NCBI GenBank assembly: GCA_010909165.1
Contig: MU008168.1
Span: forward strand, 1,571,985-1,635,984
Direction of reading: 5' to 3'
From: Anthoceros angustus
Taxonomy: Eukaryota > Plantae > Anthocerotophyta
Length of the DNA: 64,000 nt
Part shown: positions 52,677 to 64,000 of the stretch, piece by piece
Layout: every line of letters starts with the position of its first letter
Numbering within the stretch: position 1 is the first letter of the stretch
The notes under the pieces: model-generated
The model's input: only the letters and a program-made list of their open reading frames with translations
Told to the model about the DNA's origin: nothing
Database searches by the model: none
Made by a program: the position numbers and the translations under genes

Positions 52677-55600
52677 TGTGGAATATGAAAGTTTGGGCAC
52701 TCCTACTTTTGGATCAAAAGGATCAAACTAGAGCAAAACTAGAGCAGAGGCTGAGCGAGCGGAGAGAATTGAAGTGAAGTGAAGAGAATTGTCAAGATCT
52801 TGAGGCAATTTGTTGGAGAATGAGGAGTAGAGGGTGAAGGCAATTAAGCCAAGGAAGTAGCTTGAGGTTGCTGCACAAGCACTGTTGATAGGCTTGCGAG
52901 GCAAAGGCCGATTATTGGGGACCACCACCAAGTTTGAGGGAAGGCAAGTAATTTGCCACATGTGGAAGAAGTGAGACATGGCGGTGCTCATATTGCTGAG
53001 ATTTTGCGATGGGAGGAGGACTGGTAGAGATGTGTGGCAAGGGTTGCTGCGGAAGATGGGCCAAGTGCCCGTAATGGTGGAATTGTGCAGGATCCTGCAG
53101 GCTCTAGGTTGGGAGCTCAAGATGAGAGGAGCAGCAATCGGTGCAAGGATGGGAGCGAGGAGCTCATGTTGAGTGAGCAGCCACAAGGGTTGCAAGAGGA
53201 GGCCATGGCGGTGCGAGGCACATGGAAGTGCTCTTAATGGAGTCACGATGGGAGGATGGCATGATAGGGCCGTGTGTTGAACTAGGAAAGGCCATGGTAG
53301 AGCACTCACGCTGAATTTGTAGCTGGGCTGCAAGATGGAGGTGTGGCCAAACCATAGGAAGGCGTGTTGCGGTGGGGCAACATGGTGAAGGATCACAACG
53401 GTGTGCATCATGACGGCGGAATTTGCAGTGGGGCTGCAAGTCAAAGTGAAGGGAGGCCGTTGTGGTGGCCGAGGAGAAATGGATAGCAAGGAGGGTTGAT
53501 ACGAGATGTTGTGAGGCGTGAGAAGTTCACCGAGGATAAGTTCATTTTATTCTTGATGAGTGTTATGCACAAGCCAATTGGGTGTGTTGGACAATGGAAT
53601 GTAAGAACTCGAGTTAAGCGTCCTAGGGGTGGATCAGACGGATGGGGGCACCTTTGTGTGAGGTGTTATATTTGCAGTCACATGAGAGCTAATTGGGAGG
53701 TGTTGGTGGTGCACCCTACAGGAGGTGTAGGGTGGCGGTGGGCGTGGGCATGGCACTCCCTCGTAGGGAGGAGGTGCACCCCTCGCGGAGGCAGTGTAGG
53801 CGGAGGGTCCCTGAGTTAAGGTAGTGGAGGAGGGGACCCTACATAGGTAGGCAGGTCCCTACATGTATGTATGTGGGGTAGGACGGTGTATGTGTCCCTA
53901 CCGAGGTAGGGAACAAGGTAGGAAACAAGTAGGGGAGAGATGCGGTAGTATGTAGGGTGAGGGGGTGGCCTACATGGGTGGGATGTGGGGTGCGGGGCTC
54001 TGGGGTAACAGGTAGGTATGATGGGTAGGGTGAGTGTCTCCCTCGTAGGGAGTGAGGTCTCCATTGGGCAGCGGAGTGGGGCGCGACACCTACTTGGATA
54101 CTTGGGAAGCAAGCAGTGTTTCAACCTAGGAAGTTGTTAAAGAAATATGCAAGGTTGAGGATAAATAGGGTATATTAGGAATAATCCATAAATATGTAGT
54201 AGTGTAGGTGTGTGGCTACTAAATGGGGTGTGGAAATAACATGGCAGGAATCACGTATATCAAGATGCACTACCAAAGGCCATGCAAGCGGGTGTGTGAG
54301 TGGCACCTAGGAAGCTGCGATTGCAGGAAGCTTGCATGCAGGAAAGCTAGAGCAAGGACTTGGTGGAACGCAGCGTGTGTGTGCAAGGAGAAGGAGGTGT
54401 GCGTGCATAAGGAGTTGTGTGTGAAGGATTTGAAGCACAACTGTGAAGAGGGCAAGGGCTGATTTTTGTGTGCCTAGGACCTTGCAAGTGAGGGATTTGG
54501 GCATAAGGAGTTGTATGTTGTGAGGACATCAAGTTTGAGCTAGGTGGGACGTGGAGTGAAGAGGAAGTAAGTGGAAAAATGAAGTTGCTCTCTTGGTGGA
54601 TCTTTATGTGGCGAGTGAAGAAATCTCGATTGTGTGTAGGCCGAGGTGACAACTAGGTGGAAACGAGCATGTGGGCGTGCCCAAGCTTGTCTTGTTTGTG
54701 CGCTTATTTTGAAGGTACAAGATGGTGAAAGCGCGCACCTAAGAAGGGCAAGTTGGTTGCTAGGGGCGGAAGAGCACAGGGAGGCTAGGCATGGAAGAGC
54801 CCAACACATCAGGATGGAAGGCCGTGAGGATGACTGAGGAGGAAGAGGAAGGCATGGAGCAAGATCCGCTCACGGGACCTTCTTGCAGTGGAGAGTGTGG
54901 AGGCGGTAGGGCCATAAAGTTGACCCCTCGTCCGTGGGAGGTGTAGAGGGTGGCCCCACATCCGTAGGATCACCGGCGCGACATCTAGAGGTAATTGAAG
55001 AGGTGGTGGTAGCTTGGAGCGTGGGCTCATTGCTTGGGGAGACTTTTCTTTAGGAGGACAGGCATTAATGCTTGTCAACCCGAGGGTGTGTTGACTAGCT
55101 AGATAGGAATGTTGACAGAGCCATTAAGGCTCACATAGGTGAAGTTTGCTAGAATAGAATTTACCCAAGATGCTTGGATGTCGAACTTAAAATCGGTAGG
55201 ATACACTAAAATAAGGAGTGAGGCGGTGAGGCGCGCCGGTGTGAGGACCTCCCTATAAAAGGAGGGAGCTTGTGAAGTAAAATTATCGTCTTGCGCTCCC
55301 AAACTCATGAGTCCTTTGCTCCTTGTGAAGGAAGTTCGTGCGTGCAAGCTAACGTGAATGTAGAGAGGGAGTTTGCGCGGTCGGAGTGCTTGGCGGAGGG
55401 CTCGCTCCTTGCGGGCGCCTCTGCAGGTTGCTCCCCTTGTGAATGGTTGCTGTGAAATTGCTTTGCTTTGGGTGTGTGGCGATGCCCAAGGAACTCTCGG
55501 CTTGAGGGTAGACTACAGGGAAAGACTCCCTGGAGGTTCTTGCTGTCTGGTGCAAACTCATAGCAACCTGCCCAAGGAAGAACTTGTTGGCTTGTAGGCA

Positions 55601-58600
55601 GACCCCAGGCAGTTGTGCCGTAAGGGCGAGCTAGGGCCAGTGAGCTTGAAGTAAGGTTAGATTAGGAGGATGAGGAGTTGAGTTGAGGTGAGTGTATGTT
55701 GAGGAGAATGTGGAGCTGAATGTTGAGTAGAGGAGTAGGTAGAGATTAGGAGTAAGAAGAAGGCCCAAGTCGAGCCTAAGGGAGGGTCCCAAATGCACAA
55801 ACCGAGACCGGAAGCTGGGCTAAGGTCTCAAAATCACGGGTGGAGAAGTCGCTACTGCCCGTAGGGGGTCCCCATGGGACGGTGGACCTACCGCCATAGG
55901 GGACCTACATGTAGGATCGTTGTAGGTCCAGGAGTGGTGATTCGGCCGGGCGCGGGAGTGGCGGCTGCCGTAGAGTTGGTGGTTGAGGTGTGCCAATTGT
56001 GGGAAGGCGATGGGAAAGGAATAGTGGACGATCACGGGTGGTGAAGTCGTTGCAACGTGGGGGTCCCTTGCGTGGCAGCCGCCACCTCTTGCCGTGGGGT
56101 GTGGACCTAATAGGGTGTCGTTGTAGGTCTAGAAGCGGTGATTGACGGAGCGGCATGGTGAGGCGTGGCTGCTCGTGGAGTGAGTTGAAGTTGCTCCTGT
56201 GTGAGGGAGCTTGGGTGTGAAGAGGCGTGTGGTTTGTGCCTTGGATGTGGTGACCGACAAACAAGAGTCTCATGGGAAACCTATTGTACTTAGCGACAGT
56301 GGGATAAGTGTGGCCACTAGAGGGTGAATCTCGAAGCCCCGGGTTTTCCTCCCACATTTTTGGCGCTCGGGACTCTTTGCTTTGGCAAGTCGGTAGTGGA
56401 AGAGGCATGAACATTGTTGAGAATCTCTAATCGGGGATGAGAAGAAGAAGTTTTATTGCAGGCATAGAGAGATCGCCCGCTGATTTTTGCAAGTGGTGTG
56501 AGAGTTGCATGACGGTAGAGGAAGAAGGAGGAGAGAGCTCGGAGGAAGCTACATGTGCTAACATCTTCAAGGGTTCTGAGGAAGAAGAGGTAGTTTCTAA
56601 GAGCAGGAGAAGGATGTGCTCACGGACAACAAGAGGAAGGAGGTTGTCGAGGAGTTGCGAGGGTGAGGGTCAAGAATTGAGCCAGTGTTAGTAATTTCGA
56701 GGGATTTGGAGGAGCTAAGAATGCGAGCATGAGCGAGCTATTCTGCCGTGGGGCGTTGGTTAGAAGAAAGAGCTTGAGAGTGGGCATATGTTGTTGCTTC
56801 CGCCCAAGATTTCATGAGGATGATGTCTAGGAGGAAGTGGAGGTCGTCTTGACCAATGGATAGTTTATGGAGGCTAGGTGATGGCCGAGGGCTTTACTTT
56901 GAGGAAGAGGGCCCGGGGACATGCTCAAGGTCTTGCCTTGGACGTGTGGTTGAGAGGAGGAACTTGAATTCGAGCTTGGAGGGCTCGGATGCTTCTTTTG
57001 GCATCAAGGGAGGAAGTAATTGACGCCATTGAGCAGGTTGTGTAGCTATTTGCTGGGAGATTTCTAAGGCTATTGAAGAGCGGGCGAGTGCTTCCAATTT
57101 ATTGTCGGAGTGTTCTTGTTGTATCGTGACGGGTTGGTACCGTGCTCAAGATGGGGTTGCCTATGTTGCAAGGAGGAGTCAAGTGGAGGAGCTATCTCAA
57201 GGAGGTTGCTTCAAGTTGCATCTTGAGGCTTTGCTTTGTCTTGATATGAGCGATTGGAGATGGAAGACAGAAGGAACGAGGTGGGGAGAGAGTCACTTGA
57301 AGGAAGTTGGAAGAATTTGAGGAGGAAGATTGAAGTGGACATCTTGAGGAAGGAGTGATGACCAAAGCCTTGAAGAGAGGAATTGCAAGCTTTTGAAGTT
57401 GCTGCGAAGGATTATGTGGAAATTTGGTGGGAGGCTTGGGAGCATTCATGGCACATTTAGGAGCTCGAGGTCTGAATTTGGAAGATGTCCTTCCACAACA
57501 TGCAGACGAGATGGAGAGGTTGTGTTTTACAGGAAGTGATGTTTTGTATTTTCACGAAAGTGTACGTAGCTAGAATCTAACATGACCACTTGTCACTACG
57601 ATGAATGGTGGAAGGCGATGGAGTATCTACAATGGTAGGTTGTTTGGGGGCAAACAAGTGAGGTGGGGAGTATGTGGAATATGAAAGTTTGGGCACTCCT
57701 ACTTTTGGATCAAAAGGATCAAACTAGAGCAAAACTAGAGCAGAAATGAAGCGAGAGAGAATTGAAGTGAAGTGGAAGAGAATTGTCAAGATCTTGAGGC
57801 AATTTGTTGGAGAATGAGGAGTAGAGGGTGAAGGCAATTAAGCCAAGGAAGTAGCTTGAGGTTGCTGCACAAGCAGCTGTTGATAGGCTTGCGAGGCAAA
57901 GGCCTGATTATTGGGGACCACCACCAAGTTTGAGGGAAGGCAAAGTAATTTGCCACATGTGTGGAAGAAGTGAGACATGGGCGGTGCTCATATTGGAGAT
58001 TTTGCGTGGGAGGACTAGGTAGAGATGTGGCAAGGGTTGCTGCGGGAAGATGGGCCAAGTGCGTAATGGTGGAATTGTGGGGATCTGCTGCGGGGCTCTA
58101 GGTTGGGAGCTCGGCATGCGAGAGGAGCAATCGGTGCAAGGATGGGAGCGAGGAGCTCATGTTGAGGTGAGCAGCCACAAGGGTTGCAAGAGGAGGCCAT
58201 GGCGGTGCGAGGCACATGGAAGTGCTCTTAATGGAGTCACGATGGGAGGATGGCATGATAGGGGTGTGTTGAACTAGGAAAGGCCATGGTAGGGCACTCA
58301 CGGCTGAATTTGTAGCTGGGCTGCAAGATGGAGGTGTGGCCAAACCATAGGAAGGCGTGTTGCGGTGGCTGCAACATGGTGAAGGATCACAACGGTGTGC
58401 ATCATGGCGGAATTTGCGGTGGGGCTGCAAGTCAAAGTGAAGGGAGGCCGTTGTGGTGGCGCGAGGAGAAATGGATAGCAAGGAGGGTTGATACGAGATG
58501 TTGTGGAGGTGAGAAGTTCACCGAGGATAAGTTCATTTTATTCTTGATGAGTGTTATGCACAAGCCAATTGGGTGTGTTGGACAATGGAATGTAAGAACT

Positions 58601-61337
58601 CCAGTTAAGCGTCCTAGGGGTGGATCGATCGGGATGGGGCACCTTTTGTGTGAGGTGTTATATTTGCAGTCACATGAGAGCCCTAATTGGGAGGTGTGGG
58701 GTGGTGCACCCTACGCGGGTAGGTGTGGGGTGGCTGGACGTGAGGCATGGCACTCCCTCATGGGAGGGAGGTGCACCCTCGGAGGTGTGTAGGCGGAGGT
58801 CGACGAGTTAAGGTAGTATGTAGGGTATGAGGGGACCCTATTAGGTAGTCCCTACATGTATGTATGTGGGTAGGACGGCGTGTCCCTCATGCATCCCTAC
58901 CGAGTGAACAAGGTAGGAAACAAGTAGGAGGTCGGGTAGTATGTAGGGTGACAGGGTGGCCCTACATGGGTAGGATGTAGTGGGACTCCTAGGTAACTAG
59001 GTAGGTAGATAGGTAGGGTGAGAGTGTCTCCCTACCGTGGGGAGAGTGAGGTCTCCCTCAGGGAGTGGGTGCGACACCCTACTTGGATACTTGGGAAGCA
59101 AGCTGATAGGGGGCAAACCTAGGAAGTTGTTAAAAGGTCATATATACAAGGTTGAGGATAAATAGGGTATATTAGGAATAATAATCATAAATATGTGGCG
59201 GGTAGTGTAGTATAACAAGTAGGGCTACTAAATGGGGAGTGGAAATAGTGCACATGGCAAGGAATCAAGCCTATATCAAGAGTGTCACTACCAAAGGGCC
59301 ATGCAAGCGGGGTGTGTGTGGCACCTAGGAGCTCGAATTGCAGGAAGAGCTTGCATGCAGGAAAGCTAGAGCAAGGACTTGGTGAGGCGAGCCGTGTGTG
59401 CAAGGAGAAGGAGGTGTGCGTGCATAAGGAGTTGTGTGTGAAGGATTTGAAGCACAAGAGAAGAGCGGATTTTTTTGTGCCTAGGACCTTGCAAGTGAGG
59501 GATTTGGGCATAAGGAGTGTATGTTGTGAGGACATCAAGTTTGAGCTAGGTGGGACGTGGAGTGAAGAGGAAGTAAGTGGAAAAGGCTGAAGTTGCTCTC
59601 TTGGTGGATCTTTATGTGGCGAGTGAAGAAATCTCGCAATTGTGTGTAGGCAGGTGACAACTAGGTGGAAACGAGCATGGGCGTGCCCAAGCTTGTCTTG
59701 TTTGTGCGATTATTTTGAAGGTACAAGATGGTGAAAGCGCACCTAAGAAGGGCAAGTTGGTTGCTAGAGGAAGAGCATGGAAGGCCCAACAGATGGTGGC
59801 ATTCATATGGAAGGTCCGAGATGGAAGGCCGAGGATGACTCGGAGGAGGAAGAGGAAGGCATGGAGCAAGATCCTCACGGGAGACCTTCTTGCGTGGAGA
59901 GTGGGCGGTAGGGCCATAAGAGTGACCCTACGTCCGTAGGAGGTGTAGAGGGTGGCCCTACATCCGTAGGATCACCAGCGGTGCACGGCATCTAGAGGTA
60001 ATTGAAGAGGTTGGTGGTAGCTTGGGCGTGGGCTCATTGCTTGGGGAGACTTTTCTTTAGAGGAGGACAGCATTAATGCCCCAAGAGGGGTGTTGACTAG
60101 CTAGATAGGAATGTTGTGAGCCATTAAGGCTCACATAGGTGAAGTTGCTAGAATAGAATTTACCCAAGATGCTTGGATGTCGAACTTAAAAATCGGTGGA
60201 TACACTAAAATAAGGTGAGGCGTGCGGAGGGCGCCCGAGGCTGTATGTGAGGACCTCCCTATAAAAGGAGGGAGCTTGTGAAGTAAAATTATCGTGTCTT
60301 GCGCTCCCAAACTCATGAGTCCTTTGCTCCTTGTGAAGGAATTTCGTGCAGTAAGCTAGCAGTGTCCGGTAGAGAGGGAGTTTGCGGTGGAGTGCTTGGC
60401 GGAGCTCGCTCCTTGCGGCGCCTCTGCAGTTGCTCCTTGTGAATGGTTGTGAAATTGCTTTGCTTTGGGTGTGTGGCGATGCCCAAGGAACTCTCGGCTT
60501 GAGGGTAGACTACAGGAAAGACTCCTGGAGGTTCTCATTGTCTCAGTGCAAACTCATAGCAACCCCCAAGGAAGAACTTGTTGGCTTGTAGGCGGACCCA
60601 GGCGGTTGTGCGTAAGGCGAGCTAGGGCAGTGAGCTTGAAGTAAGGTTAGATTAGGAGGATGAGGAGTTGAGTTGAGGTGAGTGTATGTTGAGGAGAATG
60701 GGTGAATGTTGAGTAGAGTAGGTAGAGATTAGGAGTAAGAAGAAGGCCCAAGTCGAGCCTAAGGGAGGGTCCCAAATGCACCAAACCGGGAAGAGGCTGA
60801 GCTAAGGTCTCAAAATCACGGGGTGGAGAAGTCGCTGTTGTGGGGGTCCCTGTGCGTGGGACCTACCGCCATAGGGTGGGACCTCGAAGGATGTCGTTGT
60901 AGGTCCGGAGTGGTCACGGAGGCGGCGGGAGTGGCGCGCGTTGAGTTGGTGGTTGAGGTGTGCCAATTGTGGGAAGGCGATGGGAAAGGAATAGTGGGCG
61001 ATCACGGGGTGGTGAAGTCGCGTTGCAACGTAGGGGGTCCCGCGTGCGGCGACCCTCTTGCCGTGGGGTGTGGACCTATAGTCGTGGGGTGTGTAGGTCT
61101 AGAAGCGGTGATTGACGGAGCGGCATGGTGAGGCGTGGCTGCATGCGTGGAGTGAGTTGAAGTTGCTCCACTGTGTGAGGGAGCTTGGGGTGTGAAGAGG
61201 CGTGTGGTTTGTGCCTTGGATGTTGGTGACCGACAAACAAGAGTCTCATGGGACGAAACCTATTGTACTTAGCGACAGTGGGATAAGTGTGGCCACTAGA
61301 GGGTGAATCTCGGAAGCCCCGGGATCTGCCCACCACA
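52677..61337 (+). mobile_element. non-autonomous large-LTR retrotransposon (LARD-like): LTRs 52677-56356 and 57673-61337, internal region 1.3 kb
   Basis: Colinear ~3.67-kb direct repeats TGTGG...CCACA; PBS-like TGGCGC at 56361; PPT GAGGTGGGGAG at 57660-57670; TATA CCTATAAAAGG at ~55252 and ~60258; no RT or integrase motifs seen. Confidence 0.88.
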
Positions 61338-61694
61338 CTTGGACTTGGGCTTCTTCGCCTCTTCTCCTTGGCCTTGGACTTGGGCTTCTTTGCCTCCTCT
61401 CCTTGGCCTTGGGCTTGAGCTTCTTCTCCTCCTCTTCTTGGCCTTGGACTTGGGCTTCTTTGCCTCCTCTCCTTGGCCTTGGGCTTGAGCTTCTTCTCCT
61501 CCTCTCCTTCGCCTTGGGCTTGGTCCCCTCTAGGCCTCAAGCCTTGGGCACCTTGAGAGTCCTGCCTGCTTGCTTAAAGAGCGGCGTCGCCTCGCGTAGC
61601 CTCGCCCTAGCGGCCTAGCATCGCCTAGCATCGCCTAGCATCGCCAGCACGCCTAGCATCACACAAGCCTAGTCTGCCTATCTAGTGTATACCG

Positions 61695-61704
61695 AGATCA
61701 TAGC
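61695..61704 (-). promoter_or_regulatory. putative self-priming primer-binding site (GCTATGATCT)
   Basis: Abuts A1; complementary to (A)GATCATAGC about 26 nt downstream of TATATA in A (61832-61840; 13420-13429 in the solo copy). Confidence 0.65.
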
Positions 61705-62271
61705 CAACAACAGGGGAGGGCTCGCGTCACAAACACACTCCCACGAGAACAACACGCAAATTCCTCACATCGCTCTGAGTCATAGCTTTGGCCTCCTCAC
61801 AACACCTTTGCATTGCATATCTAGAGGACAAGCTATGATCCGAGCTTGTCCTCAATGGAAGGGTCTATATACTAGACCAGCATCGCATATTCCTAAGATA
61901 TCCTATTGGCATCGGCATATGCCGATATCCTAAGAATACACTATAATATGCAAGGAATATGCCAAAGCATATTACTTGAGCTTATCCACTAGCTATTGTA
62001 TCCTAAGAATACACTATAATATGCAAGGAATATGCCAAAGCATATTACTGCTTATCCACTTAGCTATTGCTAACCATGTTTAATTAACACTAATCAATGC
62101 AATTAACATAAGTACATTAGATTAATTAACACTAATCAACGCTTAATTAACATAAGCACTTTAGATTAATTAACTCTAATTACTTACTTAAAGATAAGTA
62201 ATTAGATTAATTAATGCTAATCAAACACTAAACCCAAGTGCAGAGATTTGTATCACACGGCATGACATCAA

Positions 62272-63720
62272 CCACACCACACAAATTTCTAGACTCTAGA
62301 CAGGCTTTGGCAGCGGTCACAACCATGGGATCGTCAGTTATCAAAAAATCATTCTCCCCTACAAACTGGACCCCTCTCCCAGATACTAGGACATAGTTAG
62401 TAATCTCTGAAAGAGGACCTTCAACCAATGCCATGTGCCAGTGTCCACCCTTCTCTCTTCTCGCACAAACTCGGGCGTTTCGAAAGCATCCTTCTTGGAT
62501 GAGAAGTGCCTTGGCTTAGGAATGCCTTTTTGGAACTAAATATGTTCCTTCACCTGTGCACCGACACTATCAACTCCTTTACCATCATCCCGCAGTGGGA
62601 TGAGTTGCGGTGGAGAACGGTGACACTGCCTAGTGTACGGCAGCCATGACTTCGCCAGGACCCTTGCTTCTTTCCCGGTCCGAGAGAAGGCCTGGGTTTC
62701 TTTAGGTGCCATCTGCAAGCCACAAAGTAGAGTGGACAAGGAACACCAACATCCTAAAGAGAACTTGACAAACAAAACTACAACAACACACTTACATGGT
62801 GTTCAGAACAAATAAGAAGGGCCCTTGAAGGGTCTAACGAGATGATTATAAAACAATTCAAGACGAGGAGGTGGGGGATATGTAATATCATTCATTGAAT
62901 CTACACATTGTTAAATTTAGAGATCCCTCCACTTTATGTTAGTGAGAAGAGAACTCCTTTCCCAAAAGTACCCACACATACTTTAATTAGACCCTTTGCC
63001 AAATAATAAAAAAACAAGAAAAATGTTAGGCGGTGCACAAACAAAGCGCCAGACAACGATACTAGGAGATTCAATCGTGACTAATCGTGCAAGGAAAGGT
63101 TATCCGGATTCACAGAATGTGGCCTCTTTGCGTCTTGGATGCAAAACCCATTCCACAATGAGACCGCGAAAATTGTCGCGAGGTCACAAAGAGAAATGGT
63201 CTACTCTCCAGCCGACGTCGGAGTAGTCGGAGCGGAGGGTGTCCCTTCGCTGCCCAGAATCGCCGAGGTCTGCATGGCCTACTCCGCCTTACGCCCACTT
63301 ACTCTAGCCTTACGCCGTGTACTCTAACCTTACGCTGAACCGACTTGGAGCGTGAATACACGCCTATAACGCCACTGCAACCCTACGGCCCCGTCTGCCA
63401 TGCCCGCTCACCACTCAAGACTGCCCACGTGGCTTCGTCCCTGCCTAAATCACGCCTAACTTCTAAGTTACTTTACTTGGCGATTTATCCTGCCCCTCCC
63501 GAGTGTGGTCCGGACTTATCCCGATACTCTGGCAGTGGTCCGAGTGTGGTGTGCTCGAGTCCTTCAAATACGAGTCCTCATACTCCGTAGTCCTTCCGCC
63601 TACTCCGAGTCCGAGTGCCCGAGGCAGTACCGGAGTACTGGCTTATTTCTTCCTTCCGCCTTATTTTCTACTCCGCACCTACGAAAAAAACAAAAACCTA
63701 ACTCATTTCCTACCCCCAGG
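62272..63720 (-). mobile_element. 5' part of the Crypton-like element
   Basis: ORF 62228-62434 (...RNLCGVVD) continues as RDGLVPRF at 44988 downward once the insertion and one TSD are removed; right boundary uncertain. Confidence 0.6.
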
Positions 63721-63734
63721 GAGAGTCCGTGGTC

Positions 63735-64000
63735 CACACAGCCCAGCTACAAATTCAGCCTGCCATGAGTGCTCTACCATGGCCTTTCCTAATTCAACAC
63801 ATGGCCCTATCTTGCCATCCTCACATCGTGACTCCATTGAAAGCACTTCCACGTGCCTCGGCACCACCATGGCCTCCCCTTGCAACCCTTGTGGCTGCTC
63901 ACCCTGAACATGAGCTCCTTGCTCCCATCCTTGCACCGATTGCTGCTCCTCTCTCGCATGCTGAGCTCCCAGCCTAGAGCCCCGCAAGATCCCTGCACAA
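63735..64000 (-). mobile_element. internal fragment of the 3.7-kb LTR family, inverted
   Basis: Reverse complement of ~53085-53330. Confidence 0.85.

Larger units (their letters stand above)
44993..62267 (-). mobile_element. full-length Ty3/Gypsy element with split direct repeats (A1 61705-62267; B1 45636-45731; A2 45071-45635; B2 44993-45070); ~8.6 kb without the nested insert
   Basis: TG...CA ends; TCAA TSD at 44989-44992 and 62268-62271; flanks rejoin into one reading frame. Confidence 0.88.

Noticed and set aside
52281-52700. SR/protamine-like ORF (RRRSPSPRPRRGG)
   Set aside because: It is the translation of a tandem array that is open in several frames on both strands; no evidence of coding.
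41695-62267. Reading the split-repeat element plus the adjacent YR as one Ngaro/DIRS retrotransposon
   Set aside because: The YR gene lies outside the TCAA TSDs and is interrupted by the element, which has its own DDE integrase.
63660-63722. CTACCCCCAG and TTTTCTACTC as inverted terminal motifs of the Crypton-like element
   Set aside because: Matches are only ~10 bp, the best one is to a different copy (28681), and homology between copies extends beyond it.
1-64000. tRNA or rRNA genes
   Set aside because: None recognised; only PBS-length tRNA complements were seen.

Overview
Eukaryotic nuclear DNA, most likely from a non-seed land plant with compact genes and roughly 70-150 bp introns. COMMD4, SPP, PPR and Rho_N genes are present; a hornwort or lycophyte-like genome is my inference. 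About 2-24.5 kb is gene-dense: COMMD4, YAE1-like, an orphan ORF, ETFQO, sucrose-phosphatase, a small TE island at 12.7-16.5 kb, ALG5, a PPR gene and a RHON1-like gene. About 25-64 kb is a block of nested, indel-rich transposons. Main finding: a Ty3/Gypsy element (44993-62267, minus strand) with a 4-bp TSD, TG..CA ends, DDE integrase and C-terminal PHD finger. Its terminal repeats are not two identical LTRs but split direct repeats, A1-gag/pol-PPT-B1-A2-B2, with a self-priming PBS-like site directly after A1. The repeat implied by reverse transcription (B+A) is therefore circularly permuted relative to the integrated ends (A...B), which suggests integration via a circular intermediate. This element sits inside an intron-containing Crypton-like tyrosine recombinase gene and itself carries a nested non-autonomous element with 3.7-kb LTRs. 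All calls are from reading the sequence by eye; no searches were run, and coordinates in the TE block are approximate unless junction bases are quoted.
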